A stretch of DNA of 62,326 nucleotides from Nemertoderma westbladi (Eukaryota > Animalia > Xenacoelomorpha). A program made the position numbers and the translations under genes. The notes under the pieces are model-generated. The model saw only the letters and a list, made by a program, of their open reading frames with translations, made no database searches and was not told where the DNA came from. Of this stretch, positions 26,689 through 38,678 are shown in pieces. The stretch's first letter is position 1; the number at the start of each line of letters is the position of its first letter. Location: positions 1 through 62,326 of the forward strand of contig JAUCBJ010007239.1 of assembly GCA_032718475.1 (NCBI GenBank). Reading direction: 5' to 3'.

Positions 26689-26785
26689 TCCGGTCAGTGT
26701 ACAGCAGTACAGCAGTATAACGCTAGGATTTAGCTAGGCTTCAGCTGTACAAAGTTAGCACCTTATAATGAAGGCAGTGTTATGA

Positions 26786-27270
26786 TAATGAAGGCAGTGT
26801 TCCTGCTGGAGAACTCTGGACTACTCGATTGATTCATATTCGAGGACTAGCCGGTTCTATGCACGTCTTCACTCACGCTTGCTCTGATGCAATCGACTAC
26901 TCTTTCGAAACCCTCACTGAGATCCAAAAGAGACTCTGGCATGGACAATTTGAACTCGCACAGCGTTATGTCTTTGACACAGAATGGAAACCAGCTATGG
27001 GAATAGATGGATCTATGCTTCCTCAACCCTTGCTCGAGATGTTATTCGATGAAAGAATTATTAAGCTTAGTGCCTCGATCTATGGAGATCTTCGGAACGA
27101 TTTTAGAAATAGTGAAAATATTCCATATCCATTTGTCGATACACAGTTGATAGCACCTTGGGCGGAAGGTTGATGATTTTTCCGAACCATGTATGCTACT
27201 ACACCGAGCAGGATCAATAAAGTCCAACGTACTTCCATCGGACATTTAGCATTCCAAGAATGTGGATGTA
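26786..27270 (+). pseudogene. Unidentified decayed ORF, 3' part
   Basis: Includes the 114-aa ORF at 26829-27173 and is continuous with 21469-21588 once the LINE and one TSD copy are removed. Confidence 0.45.
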
Positions 27271-27304
27271 ATTTTAAAGTGGGAAATCCACTTAATTATC
27301 AACA

Positions 27305-27850
27305 GGTGGGAGGTGTATTCTACAGACTAAGACGCATTTTCCCATTAAATATACTCCGAATAATTTTTCTTAGATTAGTTTATCCGTACTTATGCTACGG
27401 GATCATTGTGTGGGGAAGTACGTATAAGTCGATTTTAAACCCATTGAGAATTAAAATAAATAAGATAGTTCGTTGTATAACGTTCAGCCATTGGCAAAGT
27501 TCATCAACACCTATATATCAAAAACTTAACATCCTACCTCTTGATTCCTTGTATAGATATAACATATGTGGGTTAATGTACGATATTAGTAAAAACTCAA
27601 AGCACCCATTATCTCATCTTTTCTTTAAATCTACCGCGGCCCATGACTACAATACTCGTACAGCATCTAGGGGCAATTTTAACTTGCCCAGCGTGCGTTT
27701 GGAAGTCGCTAAAAGGTCCGCAAAATTTCAAGGGCCACTAGAATGGAATAAACTTGAGGACTCTTTAAGAGTTTAAGAGCTACAGCTAGTCCTTTAAAAT
27801 CAGTTTCCCTTAAGAGGCTAAGAAAATTGCTGTTGTAAAAGTTATAAAAA
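27305..27850 (+). mobile_element. L2/Crack/CR1-group LINE 3' fragment
   Basis: LVYPYLCYGIIVWGST, PIYQKLNIL, HDYNTR and FQGPLEWNKL are typical post-RT C-terminal motifs. Confidence 0.8.
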
Positions 27851-30725
27851 AAAAAACTAAAATTAAGTAACACATGGAATACTAAATATACACGGAACCG
27901 CATTAGTGTTATTTTTTCGGCCCCGAAATTTTTTTCAATAAAATGGTAGTATATGCCATAGAAACCTCAGAAAAAAAATTTAAGCAAATTTGACCGGAGC
28001 GTTTCCATGGAAACCGGGCAAACATAAAATTTCTAGGTTTTGCCATGAATTAATTATTTTTTCCATCTACTACCCTATTTATTTTTATCCTATTTATTTT
28101 TCTTTCTAGCACAGGTAACTATAGCAACGAGGTAAAATCTATTAATATATATATATATATAAGCTTTCCCACTATTAGGGCCACCTTTTAAAGGTCCAAT
28201 GGCCCTTAAATGGCCTTGGGCTTGGAGCAATGGCCCTAATCCTACTACGATGGCCCAAAAGGTACACGTCCTCTTAGGGCAAATATGGCCCACCTAGAAC
28301 AAAATGGCCCAATCTAGGCATAATGGCCCAAAATAAACAATTACAAGGAAATTGCCTTTAGTTCTTATGAATTTAACTTGCACCCCTAGCGGTAAACAAT
28401 AGTATTTATTATCAATTTAATTCTACAGCCAAAAATGCCTTTGCAGATATTTTAAAAAATATATATATCTACAATAACGCATACAATTCACTTTTGTGTA
28501 ATTTCTGATTATGAGTTGTACAATAAGTAGTTTTTAGACGATTTTAAGTCTTTCGTTATAGATAATTATTATCACTTATGACCGACAGTCAAAAACGCGG
28601 ATGTGATTTCTCGAGTTAATGGCGCAAAGTGACCGGAAACACAAAATATGTGTTTTTTAGATGATTTAAAAAATTAATTTATTTAAATTTCAAACATTAG
28701 TGGCGGTGTTTTCTACCCAAAACAATAAACAATACCTTTTCACTAATGGTCAATTTGCGCCACTATTTGGATGTCTCAGCCGTTTGAAGATCGAAACTTG
28801 TGCAAACAAAATATGTTAAATTGTAAATAACAATACTGTAAATAACAACAGGTTTTAATAAATTCTCACTGACAAGCGATTAAAATTTGTGCTTTTTTAA
28901 GAAATAATGTATGACCGTTCGGTACCTCTAGGAAGGATAACTTATCACTATTTCGCGTACTATACACTTCATTATTAACATTTTGTCATTGGTGGGGGAT
29001 TAGTTTATAGACTAGCCTAAATACATCTTACGACCCCTACGAATTCCATCCCCCACCAGTAATTCATATATTGGAGACATAAATGTAGACGTTTTGCCTC
29101 TTACCCTAATGTAACAATTATCTATAGGCCTATTAAATATAATGTGAATTTTATCCCGTATTAATTAAATCTAATAACTATTTACATCATTGTGTGCAAA
29201 GTAGCACTTTGCAGCGTTATGACCCGAGTTTATTTATGTACCGAGCGAGCGCAGCGAGGGAGGTTTACATCAATAAACAAGGGTCTTTAACGCTGAAAAG
29301 TGACCTTTGCAAGCAATGATGTATGTAATTTTGTTACATTATGTCAACTTATCAGCGTTCGGTTTGTGAAGAAAGGATTTTATGGTTGCTCATTTATACA
29401 TTTTAATCATGTACTATATCGAATATAAGTGAAATTTATTAACAGGTACACTGGTACACAGTATTAATTATACATTTAAATCTAATTAAAGTTTATTGGA
29501 AGTTATCTCCTGCTTGGATGTGATAAATCATTAATCCATCTTGACTATAGTCGACTGAAGCAAACTTATTCACCGTCTGTGTCCGTTCAGTTTTACTGAA
29601 CACTGTCGTCACTTTCTTTGGTTAATTTAGTGTCTTCTATTGGACGTTTCGCCATAATGGATTACAGTACATGTTAAACAATTATTTACATCCAGTAGCT
29701 AGTCCCGTCACTGCAAATTGGATAATAAAGCTGCAATCATTAACATAAATGGAAATAATACATTCTGGAATACGGTAATTGAAGTTGTTTCCATGTCATT
29801 GATTACTTTGCAACGTTCCGTCCTATAGGCCGCAACGCTGCAAAGTAGTACTTTGCAGCGTTATGAGTAATTCACCAGAACGCTGTTAAGTTGACATAAT
29901 GTAACAAAATATATTGTAACAAACATTTTATTTTTTTTATTTTTAGATAATCTAAATAATATTTGTCATTTGGGTGGCTCCAAGGGGACATTGTCTTGTA
30001 AGAACCATTATATTTTTTAGTGGCCCTTTATGAACAGTGACTAATTAAGGCCATTTCGAACTTTTGGCTCAAATGGAACATGGTCTTGCATGGGCCATTG
30101 CCTTTTCAAAGGCGTTTGATACAAATTGGCTAATATCGGGCCACATTATAGTTGAGTGGCTCCAAGCGACACTATCCAATATGGGCCATTTCAGATTTGA
30201 ATGGCTTTAAGGGAAAATTGCCTAATATATATGAAATATATTTCATATTTAAGTGGCTCTAATGGACAATGTCTTGTAAGAGCCATTTCATTTTTTGGTG
30301 GCCCTTTATGAACAGTGTCCAATAGAGGTCATTTTGAATTTTAGTGGCTCCAATGGAATATTGTATTGCATGGGACAATCCTTTTTAAAGGTTTTTATAA
30401 ATATATTCAAATTAAATTAAACAGTATTAGATAAAGCGGTTTTTTTGTGAGAGACATCCAGAAGTCCAATTTTTTCTTTTGAAAAATAGCTTTTATCATG
30501 AGGTTTTTATTCTAGAACATTTAACATTTTGACAGTAAGATTGTAGCTAGAAATTTTGAAAAACAACAATAAAACAACAAATAATAAACAACAACAATAA
30601 AAATTTAAAATTAAAAAAAAATTTCTTGTTGAAATTACTTTAATCATTGCTTTTATTATTTATTAGCTACCATAAATTTTACTAGATATCATGATAATTT
30701 AATTGAAAAATTTCAAAAATTTTAA

Positions 30726-31685
30726 GACCGTGTTTACACTACCGAGTCAAAGTCAAGGTCAAATTCAAAAGAAAATAAATATAGCTAGCTAGCAATAATA
30801 AATAATAATACATTATATAGGCCTAATATAATACATAAGTGCATTCTAGAAAAAATTAATTTCATGTGATATGTTTTACATTTTGTCTTTTAAAACCCTA
30901 TTAGTACCGGGCTATAAAATGATGTACAAATACCGGGGGGGGGGGGGGGGGGGGGGTAATATTGACCCTTCCCTCTAAAATCTACAAGTTTGAGATGTCA
31001 AGTTCGATAATTATATATTCCATTGAATTCAGAACAGCCATAAACTTCTAAAATGCAAGAAATAAATAGTCACAAGCAATTTTATCTATTGAATGGATTT
31101 TCAAAATTTCGTGCTAGCACCAAAATTTGCACACAGCACCGAAAAATACAAGTTTGATACGCTTGGTGCAACTCGTATATATTTCATCGAAACCAGAACC
31201 CCAAAAAACCCCAATTGCGTAAAAAACAAGTTTCAAACAATCAATTTACAAAATTGACATATTTCAAAATTTGGTGCTGGCACCAAAATTTGGCACCCGC
31301 CGAAAAAAACAAGTTTGAAATTTATAAATTAATTTATATGAATTCCATCCAATTGCTAAGACCAAAAAACCGCTGTAAATAAAAAATAGAGATGTAACAA
31401 TTCATATTTAATGATATGTAATTTTCAAAAAACGTTTCAAAAAAAGTGCCAAAAGTAGGGTTAAAAAATGGTGCTATAACTCGAAAACTACCCAATATTT
31501 TTGAAAACGGTTTTCACTACTAGGAATACAATAGATTTTTAGGAAAAGTCATACAATTTCAGATTCCCAACTACGTTTGTTTCAGAATTATAATAAAAAA
31601 ACCACGGGGGTGGGGGGGGTCATATTGGCCCCCTCCCCCCCAGGTTTAATAGGGTTAACTTTGACTCGGTAGTGTGAACGCGGCC
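30726..31685. mobile_element. Harbinger-type MITE with a nested piggyBac-like MITE (about 30896-31654)
   Basis: TIR gaccgtgtttacactaccgagtcaaagt pairs with actttgactcggtagtgtgaacgcggcc, TAA TSD. Inner CCCTATTA..TAATAGGG|TTAA. Confidence 0.7.
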
Positions 31686-31883
31686 TAAAAAGTTATTTTA
31701 TTCATTTTATATACGTATTATATCCATCGCGTTCTTTTTAAATACTAACCAGGCCTTTGTCTAAAAAAATATTTGTTCTAGGACATTAATTTTTTCAAAA
31801 TAAAATGGCTAAATTTCAAAAAAAGAAATTATCAAAAACTAGCTAGTATATATAATTTGGTGAGGGGTGTATGCATACTGAAA

Positions 31884-33789
31884 CACGAAGTGGGGCCTTC
31901 GCGCAGCACGTGACTTAAATTTAATTTAAGTACTAATTCGAAAGTATTACTGTATTAGCAAATTTTAAGCAGATTTCGCCTAATCACTTTTTACCTCTTT
32001 CATTTCTATTCAGACATTTCTGACTCTAGCGGTATAGTGAGAACTGAAGATGGATTAGGGTCTCCAGCCCCACAAAGACACAGCCTATGGATGAATAGTA
32101 CATACGTACATCGGCCAAGTTTCATCTTGAATAACGGATAACGAAATGAGAGACGGATCTCACTTTCAGAAATTTCGTCGTATAGCGGCAGACCGATTAA
32201 ATCTCCCCCCCCCCCCCCCCCCCCCACAAAGACGCAGCATGTGGTCCAGAATATATAGCAAGATTCAGCTTAAACTGATTAAAATCAATGAGACGGGAGA
32301 ATCTATTCACTTTCAGGCATAAAGTAGTCCTATAGCGGGTGACTGTTGAACTGATTTTCAACAAAACAAATTTTCAACTTGGCAGCTTTAAATTCGACAA
32401 AGTTATAAGCATGTCAATATCATAACGACGACAACGATTTCACTTTCAGACATTTGGCCCTCTAGCGGCAGACTGGAGAACTGCAGATGGATTCGCCTCC
32501 TTTGAAAGTCACAGCTAATGGTCTAATACATATCTGCCAGGTTTCAGCTTAAACGGATTAAAAGCAAAGAAATGGGAGGGCATTTAATGTTTAGACATGT
32601 GGCCCTCTAGCGGGAGACCATTGCACTGATGGTGTCTGAAAGTCTCTCAAAAATCTCAACTTTAGCTCATATTGATACCTACAAATTTTCAACTTGGCAG
32701 CTTTAAATCCGACAAAGTTATTAGCATGTCAAAATCGTAACGACGACAACGATTTCACTTTCAGACCTTTGGCCCTCTAGCGGCAGACTGGAGAACTGAA
32801 GATGGATTCGCCTCCTTTGAAAGTCACAGCTAATGGTCTAATACATATCTGCCAAGTTTCAGCTTAAACGGATTAAAAGCAAAGAAATGGGAGGGCATTT
32901 AATGTTTAGACATGTGGCCCTCTAGCGGGAGACCATTGCACTGATGGTGTCTGAAAGTCTCTCAAAAATCTCAACTTTTGCTCATATTGATACCTACAAA
33001 TTTTCAACTTGGCAGCTTTAAATCCGACAAAGTTATTAGCATGTCAAAATCGTAACGACGACAACGATTTCACTTTCAGACCTTTGGCCCTCTAGCGGCA
33101 GACTGGAGAACTGCAGATGGATTCGCGGGGTTCGCCTCCTTTGAAAGTCACAGCTAATGGTCTAATACATATCTGCCAAGTTTCAGCTTAAACGGATTAA
33201 AAGCAAAGAAATGGGAGGGCATTTAATGTTTAGACATGTGGCCCTCTAGCGGGAGACCATTGCACTGATGGTGTCTGAAAGTCTCTCAAAAATCTCAACT
33301 TTAGCTCATAGTGATACCTACAAATTTTCAACTTGGCAGCTTTAAATCCGACAAAGTTATTAGCATGTCAAAATCGTAACGACGACAACGATTTCACTTT
33401 CAGACCTTTGGCCCTCTAGCGGCAGACTGGAGAACTGCAGATGGATTCGCCTCCTTTGAAAGTCACAGCTAATGGTCTAATACATATCTGCCAAGTTTCA
33501 GCTTAAACGGATTAAAAGCAAAGAAATGGGAGGGCATTTAATGTTTAGACATGTGGCCCTCTAGCGGGAGACCATTGCACTGATGGTGTCTGAAAGTCTC
33601 TCAAAAATCTCAACTTTTGCTCATATTGATACCTACAAATTTTCAACTTGGCAGCTTTAAATCCGACAAAGTTATTAGCATGTCAAAATCGTAACGACGA
33701 CAACGACGACGACGACGACAACGACGACGACGACGACGACAACTATTTGCATAAATTGACCCACCCCCTAACAGTGTCAATTCGCTAAT
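31884..33789. mobile_element. Helentron-type non-autonomous element (HINE/DINE-1/Pearl-like) with an internal 315-bp tandem array and (GAC)n microsatellite
   Basis: ttttcaacttggcag recurs at 32371, 32686, 33001, 33325 and 33640; (gac/aac)n at about 33693-33743. The termini match the inverted copy at 60318-60836. Confidence 0.7.
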
Positions 33790-33827
33790 AGTCTATTAGG
33801 CTAGGGCAGCAGTTGTTATTTAGTTAC

Positions 33828-34365
33828 TGTGACGGGATCATCCGGAGATGAACCCGATTTATCCTGTTTTAGTTCACGCGTCCCCGCCGTGTGAAAGAGT
33901 GTAAGTTGAGGTTACTGTTGTTCGTTATATTGTGATCTTGAGACGTGATATAGATATAGATATAGATTGATGTTATACACTGACGTTCACAGGTTGACGG
34001 GATGACGGTAACTAAAATCCCGGTACTTCCCTAATTGTAACTTACTGTACCACCAGTAACACTGAGATAACTGAGGTAATATGATTACTGCTTACTGGTT
34101 ATATCGCACGGTGGCCTTATTGCTACTCAATCGGTGCCAGCCCCCCTCTGATTGGTTGCTACCCTTGTTGGCGCCCTTTGAGGTGTTCCCGTTCACCCCA
34201 GCTATTCTCTCCCTTGTCAGGATACTAACCCCTGACCCTTATTGTGTGCTTCTCCTTCCCATTCTGTTGGGGAGACACGAGTTGGTTTGGGACCTAATCT
34301 CGTGTCCCCCAATATTGCTTATTGGCTTAACTTTGTGGAGTATTGGCGGGATTGATTCGCTAACA
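33828..34365 (-). mobile_element. Possible solo LTR
   Basis: 538 bp with TGT..ACA termini, CCAATCAG and TATAA on the minus strand, and internal hairpins. No TSD or PBS is seen. Confidence 0.4.
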
Positions 34366-37298
34366 GTCCGTTTTGGGACGAACATTTCCTTCTGTAAGTC
34401 AGTCCGTTTTGGGACGAACATTTCCTTCTGTAAGTCAGTCCGTTTTGGGACGAACATTTCCTTCTGTAAGTCAGTCCGTTTTGGACGAACATTTCCTTCT
34501 GTAAGTCAGTCCGTTTTGGGACGAACATTTCCTTCTGTAAGTCAGTCCGTTTTGGGACGAACATTTCCTTCTGTAAGTCAGTCCGTTTTGGGACGAACAT
34601 TTCCTTCTGTAAGTCAGTCCGTTTTGGGACGAACATTTCCTTCTGTAAGTCAGTCCGTTTTGGGACGAACATTTCCTTCTGTAAGTCAGTCCGTTTTGGG
34701 ACGATCATTTCCTTCTGTAAGTCAGTCCGTTTTGGGACGAACATTTCCTTCTGTAAGTCAGTCCGTTTTGGGACGAACATTTCCTTCTGTAAGTCAGTCC
34801 GTTTTTGGGACGAACATTTCCTTCTGTAAGTCAGTCCGTTTTGGGACGAACATTTCCTTCTGTAAGTCAGTCCGTTTTGGGACGAACATTTCCTTCTGTA
34901 AGTCAGTCCGTTTTTGGGACGAACATTTCCTTCTGTAAGTCAGTCCGTTTTGGGACGAACATTTCCTTCTGTAAGTCAGTCCGTTTTGGGACGAACATTT
35001 CCTTCTGTAAGTCAGTCCGTTTTGGGACGAACATTTCCTTCTGTAAGTCAGTCCGTTTTGGGACGAACATTTCCTTCTGTAAGTCAGTCCGTTTTGGGAC
35101 GAACATTTCCTTCTGTAAATCAGCCCGTTTTGGGACGAACATTTCCTTCTGTAAGTCAGTCCGTTTTGGGACGAACATTTCCTTCTGTAAGTCAGTCCGT
35201 TTTGGGACGAACATTTCCTTCTGTAAGTCAGTCCCGTTTTGGGGCGAACATTTCCTTCTGTAAGTCAGTCCGTTTTTGGACGAACATTTCCTTCTGTAAG
35301 TCAGTCCGTTTTGGGACGAACATTTCCTTCTGTAAGTCAGTCCAGTCCGTTTTGGGACGAACATTTCCTTCTGTAAGTCAGTCCGTTTTGGGACGAACAT
35401 TTCCTTATTTATGTAAGTCAGTCCGTTGTGGGACGAACATTTCCTTCTGTAAGTCAGTCCGTTTTGGGACGAACATTTCCTTCTGTAAGTCAGTCCGTTT
35501 TGGGACGAACATTTCCTTCTGTAAGTCAGTCCGTTTTGGGACGAACATTTCCTTCTGTAAGTCAGTCCGTTTTGGGACGAACATTTCCTTCTGTAAGTCA
35601 GTCCGTTTTGGGACGAACATTTCCTTCTGTAAGTCAGTCCGTTTTGGGACGAACATTTCCTTCTGTAAGTCAGTCCGTTTTGGACGAACATTTCCTTCTG
35701 TAAGTCAGTCCGTTTTGGGACGAACATTTCCTTCTGTAAGTCAGTCCGTTTTGGGACGAACATTTCCTTCTGTAAGTCAGTCCGTTTTGGGACGAACATT
35801 TCCTTCTGTAAGTCAGTCCGTTTTGGGACGAACATTTCCTTCTGTAAGTCAGTCCGTTTTGGGACGAACATTTCCTTCTGTAAGTCAGTCCGTTTTGGGA
35901 CGAACATTTCCTTCTGTAAGTCAGTCCGTTTTGGGACGAACATTTCCTTCTGTAAGTCAGTCCGTTTTGGGACGAACATTTCCTTCTGTAAGTCAGTCCG
36001 TTTTGGGACGAACATTTCCTTCTGTAAGTCAGTCCGTTTTTGGGACGAACATTTCCTTCTGTAAGTCAGTCCGTTTTGGGACGAACATTTCCTTCTGTAA
36101 GTCAGTCCGTTTTGGGACGAACATTTCCTTCTGTAAGTCAGTCCGTTTTTGGGACGAACATTTCCTTCTGTAAGTCAGTCCGTTTTGGGACGAACATTTC
36201 CTTCTGTAAGTCAGTCCGTTTTGGGACGAACATTTCCTTCTGTAAGTCAGTCCGTTTTGGGACGAACATTTCCTTCTGTAAGTCAGTCCGTTTTGGGACG
36301 AACATTTCCTTCTGTAAGTCAGTCCGTTTTGGGACGAACATTTCCTTCTGTAAGTCAGTCCGTTTTGGGACGAACATTTCCTTCTGTAAGTCAGTCCGTT
36401 TTTGGGACGAACATTTCCTTCTGTAAGTCAGTCCGTTTTGGGACGAACATTTCCTTCTGTAAGTCAGTCCGTTTTGGGACGAACATTTCCTTCTGTAAGT
36501 CAGTCCGTTTTTGGGACGAACATTTCCTTCTGTAAGTCAGTCCGTTTTGGGACGAACATTTCTTTCTGTAAGTCAGTCCGTTTTTGGGACGAACATTTCC
36601 TTCTGTAAGTCAGTCCGTTTTGGGACGAACATTTCCTTCTGTAAGTCAGTCCGTTTTTGGGACGAACATTTCCTTCTGTAAGTCAGTCCGTTTTGTGACG
36701 AGCATTTCCTTCTGTAAGTCAGTCCGTTTTGGGACGAACATTTCCTTCTGTAAGTCAGTCCGTTTTGGGAGGAACATTTCCTTCTGTAAGCCAGTCCCGT
36801 TTTGGGACGAACATTTCCTTCTGTCAGTCCGTTTTGGGACGAACATTTCCTTCTGTAAGTCAGTCCGTTTTGGGACGAACATTTCCTTCTGTAAGTCAGT
36901 CCGTTTTGGGACGAACATTTCCTTCTGTAAGTCAGTCCGTTTTGGGACGAACATTTCCTTCTGCAAGTCAGTCCGTTTTGGGACGAACTTTTCCTTCTGT
37001 AAGTCAGTCCGTTTTGGGACGAACATTTCCTTCTGTCAGTCCGTTTTGGGACGAACATTTCCTTCTGTAAGTCAGTCCGTTTTGGGACGAACATTTCCTT
37101 CTGTAAGTCAGTCCGTTTTGGGACGAACATTTCCTTCTGTAAGTCAGTCCGTTTTGGGACGAACATTTCCTTCTGTAAGTCAGTCCGTTTTGGGTCGAAC
37201 ATTTCCTTCTGTAAGTCAGTCCGTTTTGGGTCGAACATTTCCTTCTGTAAGTCAGTCCGTTTTGTGTCGAACATTTCCTTCTGTAAGACAGTCCGTTT
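34364..37298 (+). repeat. 36-bp minisatellite, about 80 copies, made of an exon 3' end plus a 5' splice site
   Basis: Unit AGT CCG TTT TGG GAC GAA CAT TTC CTT CT|gtaagtc encodes SPFWDEHFL(L) followed by a GTAAGT donor. No spacers. Confidence 0.97.
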
Positions 37299-37767
37299 GT
37301 AATACATACCACACGAAAGTTTTTGGTTAATGAGTTCCGATTTGTTTGTGGGTATGTGTCAAAAACATTAAGTTACTTTATATTATCTATATTTTCCTTG
37401 GCGATTCTTTATTTACCTGTACATGTTGCCTTAAGTACTTTGGCGTTTCTTTATTTACGTCCATGTTACTTTATATTTAAATATAGACGATTCTCTATTT
37501 ACCTACTCGTTACTTTATTTCACAACATGTTTATTAATTCCAAACCCACTACTTTATTTACCTAGATGTTTCTATATTTAATTACATGTTTCTTATTATA
37601 CCCACACGTACATTATTTACCTACCTCGCCTCGGCCTTTCTTTTTTTCTTTTTTAATCACATTCACGTTACTTTTTTATACTTACATCCAACTCCTTTCT
37701 TTATCCAACCGCGTTTCTCTTTTCGCCCAACCTTACTTTATTATCCCACTTTATTTACCTCCGTCAG

Positions 37768-37963
37768 AGACCTCAACCGAAGATCCAAGTTCCTGAGTTT
37801 TACCGTGTTGGACCGGGACCGTCTGGGTACCGAGGTGGACTTTATGGGTCACGCCATCGTCTCTGTAGACGACCTCCGTAGGAACCCGTGCAGTCGCCAG
37901 ATTCTCCCGCTAGAGGGCCGTCCTCGGAAGAGAGACAATGTGTCTGGTTCTATAACCTTGGAG
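37768..37963 (+). CDS. C2CD2L: C2CD2/C2CD2L (TMEM24)-family exon, C-terminal half of the C2 domain
   Basis: Pyrimidine tract + cag acceptor; DLNRRSKFLSFTVLDRD..DFMGHAIVSVDDLRRNPCSRQILPLEGR..VSGSITLE; donor gttggc. Phase 2 in, phase 0 out. Confidence 0.85.
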
Positions 37964-38602
37964 GTTGGCCTTGGTTGATTTATTTTATTATTAATTTTGT
38001 TTAATTGGTATAGTACCTACCGGCAGGGACAGGATACGATACGAGAATACGATACCAATACGAATGCAATTTTGAGAAAATACGATACGATACGAAAAAA
38101 GTTTCGTATTTTTTTCGTATCGTATTTTATCCAAGAATTGATAAAATATATGTATTGTATCTTGTATTACACTTAGAAAATCATATAAATCTCTATTTAT
38201 ATATAATAGGCAAATATTTATTAATTCAAGGTTCCAGTATCATTGCTACAGCAATTAATAGTGTGTCAACTGCGACTACAACATCCATGAGGACGTAATG
38301 CAACACGGCCCAATAGTAGGCGTTACCATATTACCATGCCACTTTATGAATACTGTACTGATGTACCTACCTAGGCCTACATACTGCCGTTAGTAGCTAG
38401 AGTGTTTAATTAATCATTGTGGCCGTGATGGTTCATGGTTAATATACACTACCCTTTTATTGTAGCGAGTGGTTAAAGACTTCCAAGTACTGTAGGGTTG
38501 AGCACAGTGGCAGCATATGATGGTATTGACAGATGGGAGGCCATGATGGGGTAAATTGCGGACATACAAGGTATCAGGTAGTATTTCCAGGTCTATCTTT
38601 TA

Positions 38603-38678
38603 CCTGAGCCGCTAGCTGAATGGTTAGAGCGTCAGACTTCCAACTCGGAGGTCACCAGTTCGATCCCACCTGGACGTC
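38603..38678 (+). mobile_element. tRNA-derived SINE head or tRNA pseudogene (TCC anticodon-like loop)
   Basis: A box tagctgaatggttagagc and B box agttcgatccc; the acceptor stem does not pair. Confidence 0.55.

Larger units (their letters stand above)
21589..26776 (-). mobile_element. Full-length, apparently intact APE-RT non-LTR retrotransposon (RTE-X-like; clade needs phylogeny)
   Basis: ORF1 and ORF2 are uninterrupted. 3' UTR has a GGGCCTTGGCCC hairpin and an (AAT)n tail; 9-bp TSD gtgttatga at 21580-21588 and 26777-26785. Confidence 0.92.

Noticed and set aside
27189-27776. Independent 195-aa gene
   Set aside because: Chance fusion of upstream sequence with a LINE ORF2 3' fragment.
28130-30400. 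CACTA- and Crypton-like remnants (ggccc subterminal repeats, inverted arms at 29.3 and 29.9 kb)
   Set aside because: Probably TE-derived, but termini and TSDs could not be fixed by eye.
34221-34260. cag|..PDPYCVLL as the upstream C2-domain exon
   Set aside because: It resembles the C2 DPY motif and has a plausible acceptor, but it is out of frame with PFWDEHF, too far from it, followed by non-C2 sequence, and inside an LTR-like segment. Not fully excluded.
34364-37298. CRISPR array (36-bp repeats)
   Set aside because: Units are head-to-tail with no spacers, there are no cas genes, and the context is eukaryotic. The unit is explained as an exon end plus donor.
34081-37330. Long repetitive ORFs on both strands
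   Set aside because: Artefacts of a 36-bp unit lacking stops in most frames; frequent indels switch frames.
38603-38678. Functional tRNA-Gly gene (also 55226-55295 and 56645-56712)
   Set aside because: A and B boxes are present, but stems pair poorly and the context is SINE/TE-like.
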